64,000 nucleotides of DNA from Camelus ferus (Eukaryota): positions 22,012,001 to 22,076,000 of the forward strand of contig NC_045696.1 of the NCBI RefSeq assembly GCF_009834535.1, written 5' to 3'. Below are positions 53,381 to 64,000 of the stretch, in pieces. Both the position numbers and the translations under genes were made by a program. The notes under the pieces are model-generated. The model did not search any database. It saw only the letters and a program-made list of their open reading frames with translations, and was not told where the DNA came from. Every line of letters starts with the position of its first letter. Position 1 is the first letter of the stretch.

Positions 53381-53790
53381 GTCATAAAAGACAAAAATTA
53401 AAGGCAAAGACAAAGCTTAAAGGATACTAAGGAGAGATCACAAGTAAATCACTACATTGGATGTTGTACTAGAGAGAAAAAAAATACTATGAAGGGCAGT
53501 GTGGGTCAATTCACAGAGTAGAATATAAACAGTGGATTGAACAGAGGTCAGGGTTGTTTTGTTTTTGTTTTTAGGTTGGTAACTGTGCTACGATTGTGTG
53601 GGAGAGTGTCAATCTTAAGAAGAGACTGGGTTCAGAAAAAAATGAGTAACCTGCCTACATGTGAAGAAGGCGCAAGAGACAAAGGAAATGGAACAAACAG
53701 TAGGTGAACCAAGGCACGGGGTAGCAGGTGCTCTTTGTGCTGTTCTTGGGACTTTTACTGTTTTCAAATTACTTCCAAATTTTAAAAAAA
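53381..53790 (+). mobile_element. Old L1MC-type 3' end
   Basis: gtcataaaagacaaa..aaaggatactaaggagagatcacaagtaaat..ctttgtgctgttcttgggactttt..aaattacttccaaattttaaaaaaa. Confidence 0.65.
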
Positions 53791-53799
53791 ATTAATTTT

Positions 53800-54195
53800 A
53801 TCAGGATTAGCTATGCTCTTTTGTAATAAATTCATCTATATGTTTTAAATTGACAGTAATATCACTTTGAGAAATCAACTCATCAGGATTCTTTCTAGCT
53901 CACATCACATCACAATATGAGTGGTGATGGGGGAGGGGAAGGCACCTTCCTATGTCCATAAGTCAGGGACCAGGATCCTTCCCATCAGAGGCCTCATCCT
54001 TTGGTTCCCTAGAGTCCTCTCCAATCAGCCAGAAAATAAGAGAATCACACAGGGAAGATCCTCCATGCGCCAGTCTGGAAATGGTCTCATTATTCCCGCT
54101 CACTTACCACTGCCCAGAACACTCACATGGCAACACTCACCTGTTAGGGGAAGTGTGATCTACCTGGGGGCTCGGGGAGCAATGGCATCTGCCAA
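53800..54195 (-). mobile_element. Old MaLR LTR (MLT1I/J-like)
   Basis: agctatgctcttttgtaataa..agtcagggaccagg..gctcacttaccactgcccagaacactcacatggc. Confidence 0.6.
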
Positions 54196-56394
54196 AACTA
54201 GTATCTTATTTTACAGAGATTTGAGGACACTTAACTGCAAAAACAGAGTGAAGAAATAACCCCTCCTGAGAAAAGCAAGCACAGAAAATTATCTTGAGAT
54301 AAAAAAAAATCTTGGGATCAAAACCATGTCTCTCTCTCTCAAACTCTTTGTCCTCATGGAAGACAAATAGTCAAGATGGTAGAGTGGAGTTGAAATTGGA
54401 GGGATCTTAATTTCAGAAACTGAGATTTCAGAACACAGTCACAGAAACTATTGCATGTGTGGGCACCATGGCATTAACAGTAGAAACTGCAGCTCAGGGA
54501 TGACGCACACACCTGGGATGGGTTTCTCAGTGTGGAGGATTTACTCCTCCCATCTGTCCATCCATTCTCCTCCCTCCTAGCCTTCTCCTTCCAGGAGCAT
54601 TTCCAATTATGCTTTTTTCATGAATTCTCTTTGCTCTAGGTCGCAATAATTTCTTTTGATTTGTCTCTCTAGCTAACATGAAATGTTTTAGACCAACAAT
54701 TCTTTTTTGTGTTTAGAATAATTATTCAAGATTCAGGAATGTAGTTGGTCTCTATTTTATACACCTTACCCTTAGCCCAGTGTTGGGTCCATAAAAAGGG
54801 ATGAATAAGCATTTGTCACTCGGTTTGCTTCCATTTCTGGAGCTAGGTCAGAGGAATGTCTCCCTGGAACACAGCGATCTTAGCTGGGGACAGAAAATGT
54901 ATGAGTTCCTCTCCAGCATATTCTCAAATAAGGACTAGTCACTCTTAATAAGTGATTGAGCGTAGTCACTTTGAATAAAGTGCAAAAGATAATCTTTTTA
55001 ATCACATTCACTTTTTCCCCCCTAAAATTCTCTTACGAAGACCCTGCTGATCTCTAAAAATGACAGACATGGTCTAGTATCTGCAGGCTGAAATGAGCAT
55101 AGCAAAGCAAGCATTGTGGACAAAGGACTGATTTCTAGGTTTTGCTCCTCTGGGCCCCAGACGTAGATAGCCATTTTCGGGTAATGTCTTCCCAGTCCAG
55201 TCATCTACAACAACGTGTGAGGCATGTTTTAATTCAAGAACTTTGTGACAATAAAAACACTAATTTAGATGGAATGGATCTGCACTGTAAAACAAAAAAT
55301 GACAGTATCTTACTATGTAATGTACTACTAATAAATATAAATATAATCATAATTATATGAGGAATAAAAATTAAAAATGGCATACAGAGAATTCTAATAT
55401 TAGTTTCCAGTATTTTCCTCAATATGTCTTGGGTGAAAATCCTTAGTCAAGGATGATTAAGAGAATCATCACTAATGGAGTTCAGTCCAGGTCTGATTTC
55501 TCTTGTCTCCTTGTTCCAATTTCTGCATCCCTTCTGTTGAAAGCCACATACCATGGTTTCACAGGTGTGCACCACAGGTCACTTTCTTCTAGCAGATTGG
55601 TTCTTCTTACTATCTGCTCACGGGCTCGCTCAATGTTCCATTTAATATCTGCTCTTGGTAGTTACGTTGTTAACGTGGGTGTTTCCACTGCTCTCCACTG
55701 GGCCTGCAGAATGCCATCGGCCACTTGTCTCTGTTTTGAGCTGTCTGTGTCCCATGGGGAGCGTCCACTTTGGGCACACTCTGTGTTCAGGTGAGGGAGA
55801 TGGCTCTATTTTCCTCACATTTGAAGAGGAAGAAAAGCTACCTAATGAGAGCAAAGTTAAAAAGACACCCCGTCCTGGGAATGCCGTGCTGACTGCCCCT
55901 GAAATAGTGTCAGCTTTCAAAGGAGAAGTTGCAGCTCAGGAGTGTTTAATTCTGTCATGCTCAAGATCAGGTGGGCAACATTAGCAGGTGTTCTATTTTT
56001 CAATATTTCTATGGGAAATCTAGCCAAGTATTGGGGAACAATTACTTTCTGAAATACATATAAAAACTAAATCAGTGACAAATGCGGAATACCAGATATT
56101 TCAGAGGAGAATTTCGTTCGTCAATTTGACGTTTCTGCTTTCTCAGATTTCTTAGCTGAAATATCTTAGCTCTCTTCCCTGGAGGAAAGAAACATTTCAT
56201 ATATTCATAAATTGTGTTTATAATGTTCACATAACAAAGGCTGTAAGTGTTTAGTCTCAACCGCAAGAGATCACAATACTCTTTCACGTGACCACTCTGA
56301 AGTGAACAGAATCACGCTACACACGTCAAACGTACTTCTCTGCTCACTTATCTCTGGTTTATGGTTTGGCACACTTTCTAACTTTACGCCACTA

Positions 56395-56615
56395 ATTCAG
56401 TCAGTTACTACACAACCCCACTGAAGCCAAGGTTGTGGGGTTCAATTTAATACGAACCAGTTGTAGCTTCACTCTGTTTGGTAACAAACACACTAAAGCC
56501 TTCATCTTGATCAGTCCTACAAATCCATGTCAAGGGTCATAGGCAAAATCAGACAAGACATTCATCACAACTATGTGAAAAACAACTCCAAATGCATGCC
56601 CTGACAAGGGTCAAA
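56395..56615 (+). mobile_element. MamSINE1-like tRNA-derived SINE
   Basis: gaagccaaggttgtggggttcaat (B-box-like)..ccagttgtagcttcactctgtt..gaaaaacaactccaaatgcatgccct follows the recalled MamSINE1 consensus. Confidence 0.65.
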
Positions 56616-56707
56616 AGCACCAGTGGCTACAGGGAGGATGATATGCCTTAATTGGTTTACAAATCTTACAGCAGCAGTGGTAAGAAGCATCTTTCTTACA
56701 TCACTTA

Positions 56708-57033
56708 TGTTGAACTGAAACAGACTGCCAGATGTTTCTCCAGCAAAGATGGGTTTATTCGGATCAGCAGAGAACTGCAATTCGAGGTCTGCAACCGTGG
56801 TGAGGCACACGCAAGTCCCCACAGGGCATGGGGAACACACATTTTCATAAAGGAGAAGAGGAAGTTGGGAGGGTACGGTAAACAGATAATCCATGGCCTT
56901 TCACTGGCTGCGTTCTTGCCGGAAAGAGGAGTCTTTTTCGTCCTATAGGGCTCTGCTATCATCACAAGGAGTGCGAGCTCCCCCGTCTGGTCTTCCAAAT
57001 CTATTTAATCGAGGTTTCTATTAATTTTTCACA
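56708..57033 (-). mobile_element. Artiodactyl ERV solo LTR (ALTR2-like), 4-bp TSD CTTA
   Basis: TG..CA ends; CTTA at 56704-56707 and 57034-57037; AATAAA on the minus strand (tttatt near 56755); homologous to 46566-46880. Confidence 0.9.
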
Positions 57034-57435
57034 CTTACAATATCATGAATTTTCAGAAGATATACACTTCTGACTAGGGCAAATGAGTTTAAATTATCAC
57101 TTAAGTAATAACTTTCATGATGAAAATCATGTTGTATAATGAGCTATAATTACAATTCATCATTCAAATATAGAAATTCAGCTCATTTGACACCACCTAA
57201 TCAAGATCAATCCTGCATCTCTCATTGGCTTTATTTTCATCTTTGTCAAAACTGACAAGTGCAACAGTGCATCTGCAAATGCATAGTCAGGATTTTGTCT
57301 CAGAATAACTGACATTAAGTTTCATGAGTCATTTTGATCAAAGATCTCTCTGCTTTTAAAAGTCTATTTTAAATTTCTAACATAGCCAATGGTGTGCCAT
57401 ACTTATGAATAATATGAGTATCAGACATGATCCAT

Positions 57436-57876
57436 TGTATTGGTCAAAGTTCTCCAAAGAAACAGAACAGGGTAAATGTATATATTAAGAGTCCTATTTA
57501 AAGAAATGGCTCACATGACAATGGAGGCTGGAAGTCCCAAGATGTGCAGTCAGCAGAACCTAGGGGAGCCAAAGGCATAAGTCTAGTCTGAAGCCAGGCA
57601 GCCTCCAGGTCCAGGAAAAGTCAGTATTTCAGTTTGTATATAAAAGCAGGAAAAGAGCAATGCCCCAGCTCAAAGCAGTTCCCTCTTACACAACCTTTTT
57701 GTTCTAGCTAGGTCTTCAGTTATTTGGATGAGGCCCATGCATGGTAGGGAGCCCACTGATTCAAACGTTACTTTCATCCAGAAACACCCTCACAGACACA
57801 CCCAGAGCAATGTTTGGCCAAACGTCTGGGCACCCCAGTGACCCAGTCAAGTTGACACACAGAATTAACCATCACA
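57436..57876 (-). mobile_element. ERVL LTR (MLT2B-like)
   Basis: tgtattggtca..ttctccaaagaaacagaa..catccagaaacaccctcacagacacacccaga..cccagtcaagttgacac..aattaaccatcaca. Confidence 0.9.
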
Positions 57877-60664
57877 CCCACCTACACAAAAAACCTATCA
57901 CTTAGAGAAGAAGTAAGACAAACACCATAAATCACAGCAAACAATGACAAAATGATATATGATTAAGTACTAATTTGAATGATAATGCCCATAATTCCTA
58001 TAAAACTTTAGAAAGGGAATAATCAGAGAATTGCTGGTTAATTATATACCAAATATATTTTCATTTGTATATAAGTGATAAATCCAAAGAAATAAAGAGT
58101 AAGTAAGGATTTATCATCCAAAACACATGCCTAAAATGACTTAAAAAATGAAGGCAAAAAACACTCAAGCACAGACATGAGGGCAAAAAATAACAGATGG
58201 CTTCAGCATTTTTCCTGTATAAATCCTGATTCCATTTTGTACCTCCATGTGAAAGATTGCTTTAGCTGAGAGAAGATGGCTTTTGATGCCACATTTTTCC
58301 AAAACACCTGCTGGTCTTAAGGTTTCAGCAAATAATTCAGCCTGCTGGGAATTCTTAGGTTATAATTTTTATGTTCATAGCTTCAAAAAAATTTAGAGGT
58401 TTTCAGCAGAAGGAGAAAAGCAAGTGATGCCAGACTAAATGATCTCTGAACGTAACAGATATTATTCACTGCCTTGGTCTGCTACCCAGTATCCACTGGA
58501 TTCTATTCTTTCACAGGGAGCATTTTAACAGAACAGATACAAAGAATTATGTCACATCTAGTTATTTTTCCAAGGATTAAACAATGCCATATAAGCAATT
58601 CCACTGGCCAACCTTAAGAGCAAGGTTTACTGGAAACTAATACTATAAATTATTATGCAAAAGTTGACAATATCTCTTAATCTTTCCTAAAGATATTAAT
58701 CCCAAACAGTATCAGAGTCATGGAAGTGTCTATAGCTGAAAACCTATCACCTTTCTTCAATTTATGCTTCGGTAGTTCTAGATAACTCTCCAATCTGACA
58801 TAACCACAGTTTTGTAAAGCTCAACAGCTGACTGAATGTCCTCTTTCCACCAACAAGAGTGGCAAAATCTACTCCATTTTTCTTCATTCTCCCAGATGTC
58901 TTATGACAGTGATTTTCTGAATGGTCACTCTCCACTGAGATCAGACAGGTTGAAGCAGTTCTGTCTCTTGAAATTTTCCTCCTTCTAGAACAATCCTCCT
59001 CAACTGTGGAAGATGAGGTGCAAGTAGATGGAAGTGAGCATCCCCACCCCCATGACCAACACTTGCTACATGGAAGGCCAAGAAGCCCAAAGGCCCAAAA
59101 CGGGGAGCTGGGGAGCCTTGTGATAAGAGATGTGAAGGATCTGGCACTGGGAGAGTGAGACCATAGGACACGGGACCCTGGAGCACATGAAAGGGACTAC
59201 AGGTGTTAAGAGGAGGTCCCAGCAGGAAACCCAGGTAGATGAGGTGGGATTACCTATACCTTAGTGGACACAGGCCAAAGAAAACCAGGCACTGAATAGG
59301 CTAATCACTCCTCAACAGAGACCAGCAAGAACAGAGAAGGCAGCCCAACACCAGAAGGCTGCCTCCATGCTGCATTAAACAAGCCAATCCTCTCTCAGAA
59401 TACACATGCCATCTTGGGGAAAGAAAAGACTATGAGAGGTGGGGGGAAAGAATGCTGATTGGGAGTTTGGATTTTGAACTGATGGAATATTTTATTTTTA
59501 TTCTACCACCTGCCTTAGAGACTAATCAGAAAGACTGAATCAATCACAAAGAAACTTCTGTTAAACCAGAAGAGGCTGAGTTACCCTTAACAAGAAAGGT
59601 AAGTGTTTTCTACCACACTCATGCTCCCACTAGCAGAAGAGCTGGGATATCCAGAGCTAGATAAGTTGACTTACAACAAATTTTTAAAAAGCAGCATATT
59701 TTGCGCAGATTTGTATTGTGGTGTAAACTTTAGCCCCCAAATGCAGAAATGAGCAAGATGTAGTTCGTATCTTCTTTGAACTCACACTGTTCATGGGTGA
59801 AAATTCCCTAAGAACGTGGTATGATAAATGGAAAAACAGAAATAAGTGTAAGCACAAAGTTAGCACAAAGGAAAGAATGATAAAATACACGTGGAAGCTA
59901 GGAGGAAGGTAAGAAAAGCCTTCCTAACAGATAAAACTGTATTGGGTTTTAGAGGATGAATATGAGTTCATTATGCATTAGGGAGAGTTCCCTGCAGTAA
60001 ACAGAACAGTAAGTCAAAGACACAGAAGAGTGGAAGAGTTAAGTGTTCAGTCTAGACTTAAACAGAGAACAGAGAAAAAGTAACCTTCAAACAGAATTCC
60101 ATTCTCTGGTGACTAATGCTATACTTAGAGGATAGAGACTACTTTTGTTTCAAATGTTAAAATTCTATTTTTAAGGAGAAAAATTTTAATAGTGTATTCA
60201 GTGTAATGGAGAAAAAAAAGCTGTAGGACTGTTCAGCCACCAAAAGCGAGATGTGACATTTCAAAGAGAAATTTGTGAGGTTATTGTTCTTGTCCTCAAT
60301 CCAGAAAACAGACTCCAGATGGTTACAAATATTTATTTCTAAGAAGTAAAAAATGAAATCTGTTTTCATTCTATCCAATCTCAAGATCTTCAGTAATTTC
60401 CAGCTTTACAGAATTATAAATCTCCATACAGGAGGTACTAGATGTCACTAGCTAACCGTTGTGTTTTGAAATGTCTTCTTAACAACTTCTAAAAATTTTG
60501 ATCATAATAATTTTGTGTCGTATTGACAGTAACGGGCACTTTTAGAGCCACCATCTTATATATTCTTTATAATTCTTGCTTAGATATTGTTAAGCGTAAT
60601 TTCTTTAGGTGGTAGTTTACAAACAAGATATGCTTCAAATAATCTCAACAGAATTTTTTTCAAA

Positions 60665-61315
60665 ATTCTTTTTTAATAGACTTTTTCAGAGATGTTTTCA
60701 GGGCAGAGCAAAATTGAGCAGAAAGAGCAGACAATCTCTATATTCCTGCTGCCCACACATGCACAGCCTCTCCCACTGTCAACATCCCCAACCAGAGTAT
60801 ACGTTTGTTTTAATCAATGAACCCATATTGACACATCATTATCACTCAAAGTCCATAGTTTACACTAGGATTCACTCTTGCTGCTGTACATTCTATGGGT
60901 TTGGACAAATGTATAATGACATGTATCCACCATTATAGTATCATACAGAGTAGTGTCACTGACCTAAAAATCCTCTGTGCTCTGCCTATTCATCCCTCCT
61001 TTCTCCTTAACTCCTGGCAACTACTGATCTATTTAGCGTCTTCATTTTTTATCTTCCCCACAATGTCATATAGTTGGAATCATACAGTATGCAGCTTTTT
61101 CAGATTGCCTTCTTTTACTTAGCAATATGTATTTAAGATTCCTCTATGTCTTTTTACAGCTTAATAGTTCATTTCTTTTTATCCCTGAATAGTATTCCAC
61201 AGTTTATGCTTTCACCTATGAAGGACAATTTTGTTGCTTCAAAGTTTTAGCAATTATAAATAAAGCTGCCATAAACACCTGTGTACAGGCTTTTGTGCGA
61301 ACATAAATATTCTCT
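60665..61315 (-). mobile_element. L1MC1/2-type 3' end
   Basis: caaaattgagcagaaag..aatgaacc..ttgacacatcattatcac..aagtccatagtttaca..ttggacaaatgtataatgacatgtatccaccattatagtatcatacag. Confidence 0.85.
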
Positions 61316-61324
61316 ATTTGGTTT

Positions 61325-64000
61325 TAATGATTCTTCTTATTGAAGTACAGTTGATTTACAATATTATATTAGTTTCAGGTGTACAGCATGGTAATTCAAT
61401 ATTTTTATAGATTATACCCCATTTAAACTTATTATAAAATATTTTCTATATCCCCTGGGTTGTACAATATATCCTTGTAGCTTATTTAATCTATACATAG
61501 TCGTTTGTATCTCTTAATACCCTACGCCTTTCTTGCCCCTCCCTCCTTCCTTCTCCCCACTGGCAACCACTACTTTGTTCTCTATATATGTAGGTCTGTT
61601 TCTGTTTTGTTATATTCATGTCTTTATTTTTTAGATCCCACACATAAGTGATACCCTACAGTATTTGTCTCCCTCCATCTGACTTATTTCACTAAGCATA
61701 GTACCCTCCATGTCTATCCATGTTAACACAAATGACAAAATTTCATTCCTTTCTATGGCTGAGTATTCCACTGTGTGTGTGTATGTGTGTGTATACATGA
61801 CACATCTTTATCCATTCATTTGTTCATGAACACTTAGATTGCTTCCATACCTTGGTTATTACAAATAGTGCTGCTATAAACATTAGGGTGTACGCATCTT
61901 TTTCAATTAGCTATTTCATTTTCTTCAGATATAAACCCAAGAGTGGAATTGCTGGATCATATGGTAGTCTATTGTTAGCTTTTTAAGGAGCCGCCATACT
62001 GTTTCCCACAATGGCTGCACCAATGTATGTTCCCACCAACAGAGTATGAGAGTTCCCTTTTCTCTATATCCTCTCCAGCATGTGCTATTTGTGATCTTTT
62101 TGATGACAGCCATTCTGACAGGTGTGAGGTTTCACACCTCATTGTGGTTCTGAATTGCACTTCTCTAATAATGATTGATGCTGAACCATCTTTTCATGTG
62201 CCTGTTAGCCATCTGTATGTCTTCTTTGGAAAAATATTTATTCACATCTCCCCATTTTTGATTGGATTATTTGGGGTTTTTTGATACTGAGTTGTATGAG
62301 CTGTTTATATATTTTGAATAATAATCCTTGTCAGTCGCACCATTTGCAAATATTTTCTCCCATTCTGTAAGTTGTCTTTTCACTTTGTCTACCGTTTCCT
62401 TTGCTGTGCAACAGCTTTTATGTTTAATTAGGTCCCATTTGTTTATCTTTACTTTTATTTCTTTTGCCTTCAGAGGCTGATCCAAGAAAATATTCAAACA
62501 TTCAGAGTGTTCCATCTATGTTCTCTTCTAGGATTTTCACAGTTTCAGGTCTTCTATTTATGTCTTTAAGCCATTTTGAGTTTATTTTTGTATATGGTGC
62601 AAGAAAATGTTCTAATCTCAGTATTTTATATGTGGCTCTCCAGTTTTCCCAGCACCACTTATCAAAGAGACTGCCTTTTGTCCATAATATACTCATGCTT
62701 CCTTTGTCGTAGATTAAATGACCACAGGTGTGTGGGTTTACTTTGGGGCTCTCAATTCTGTTCCATTGATCTATGTGTCTGCTTTTGTGCCAATACCATG
62801 CTGTTTTGATTACTATAGCTTTGGTATAATCTGAAGTCAGGGAGCATGATACCTCCAACTTCATTTTTTTCTTCAGGATTGCTTTGGCAATTCTGGGTCC
62901 TTTGTGGTTCCATATAAATTTTACAATTTGTTCTAGTCTAGTGAAAAACGTCATGGGTACTTTGATAGGGACTGCATTAACTCTGTAGATTTCTTTGGGT
63001 AGCATGGCCATCCTAACACTACTACTAATCCTTCCAACCCAAGAACATGACATATTTTTCTATTTCTTTGAATCTCCTTCAATTTCCTTTATCAGTGTTT
63101 TATAAACACGTGTCAGCACATAGGCCTTTCACCTCCTTGGTTAAGTTTATTCCTAGGTATTTTTTGACACAATTTTACATAAAATTGGTTTTTTACTTTC
63201 TCTTTCTGATATTTCCTTATTAGTGTATAGAAACACGACAGATTTCTGTATATTAATCTTGTATTCTGCTACCCTGCTGAATTCATTTATTAGTTCTAAT
63301 AGTTTTGGGGTGGAAACTTTAGAGTCCTCTTATAGAATGTCATGTCATGAGCCTGGCTAAACACTTATAATTTATCTTTTCAAAAAAACATCTCTTGGTT
63401 TCATTTATCTCTTCTATTATTTTTTGTTCTCTATTTTATTTATTCCCTCTCTGATCTTTATTCCTCCTTTCTGCTGACTTTGGTTTTTGTTTGTTCTTCT
63501 TTTTCTAACTCCTTAAATGGTAGGTTAGGTTGTTTATTTGAGATTTTTCTTGTTTCTTGAGGAAGGCCTGTTTTGTTAAAATTTCCTGCTTAGAACTGCT
63601 TTTGCTGTGTCACATAGATTTTGGAAAGTTGTGTTTTTATTTTCATTTGTCTCAAGGTATTTTTTGAATTCCTCTTTGGTTGCTTGATTGACCCGTTGGT
63701 TTTTAAATAGCATGTTGTTTAGCCTCCATGTGTTTGTTTTTCCCATTTTTTTTCCTGCAATTGATTTCTAGCTTCATACTGGTCACAATTTCAATCTCCT
63801 TTCTCCGCCTTGTTTGGTGTATAAGCAAGCATGTGCACACTCTTCATGAGCAGATTCTAGTTTTCTTAAGGCCCACTGTCAGTCCCACTGGTTTTCAAAC
63901 TAGCTGAGAGGACTCATCCTCCTAGTGGTTAGATCCCAGAGCTGGGATGACCAATATGTGGTTCAAACCACTCACTCCGCAGGGAATATCTCCAAGCCTG
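61325..64000 (-). mobile_element. L1 with 3'UTR, ORF2 pieces and 5'UTR, carrying two large internal deletions; continues past the window end
   Basis: ORFs 62502..63053(-) ([33 protein letters not shown]), 62267..62515(-) (KINKWDLIK..TEWEKIFAN) and 61925..62113(-); RT stretch [21 protein letters not shown] near 63245-63305; 5'UTR-like sequence 63790-64000 resembling part of the 28229 element's 5'UTR. Confidence 0.93.

Noticed and set aside
55453..55984. Cluster of overlapping 92-113-aa ORFs in non-repeat sequence
   Set aside because: No recognisable protein in the frames I examined and no convincing splice-site pair. A tblastx/blastx search would settle it.
56395..56460. tRNA-like B-box sequence
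   Set aside because: No cloverleaf; it continues into a SINE body, so it is a decayed SINE head rather than a tRNA gene.
46566..57033. Two same-family, same-orientation LTRs about 10 kb apart, resembling a provirus
   Set aside because: Each has its own 4-bp TSD (ctca/ctcg; ctta/ctta), they differ substantially, and the interval holds older repeats and no gag/pol/env. They are independent solo LTRs.

Overview
Repeat-rich, AT-rich mammalian genomic DNA, apparently intronic or intergenic. I found no protein-coding exon, tRNA, rRNA or CRISPR array that I can support. The ORFs I can place are decayed transposon proteins (L1 ORF2, L2 RT, Tigger1 transposase); my own translation adds L1 ORF1 and CR1/L3 ORF2 remnants. 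The remaining ORFs look like chance frames. The L1 3'-end style, two ALTR2-like LTRs and a Tigger1a-like MITE point to a cetartiodactyl. The absence of recognisable Bov-tA, CHR or PRE1 SINEs suggests a camelid (inference). Repeat family names are recalled from memory and need RepeatMasker/Dfam confirmation; boundaries without TSDs are approximate. I cannot support a new biological system. The most unusual structures are: (1) what looks like one young L1 split into two complementary pieces about 9.4 kb apart, in reversed order and sharing an 8-nt junction; (2) an apparently old L1MC-type segment inside a younger L1 5'UTR, flanked by an exact 11-bp direct repeat; (3) a diverged local duplication whose longest identical stretch is a 19-mer containing an HNF1-like site; (4) two L1 copies with large internal deletions; (5) a strong minus-strand bias of LTRs.
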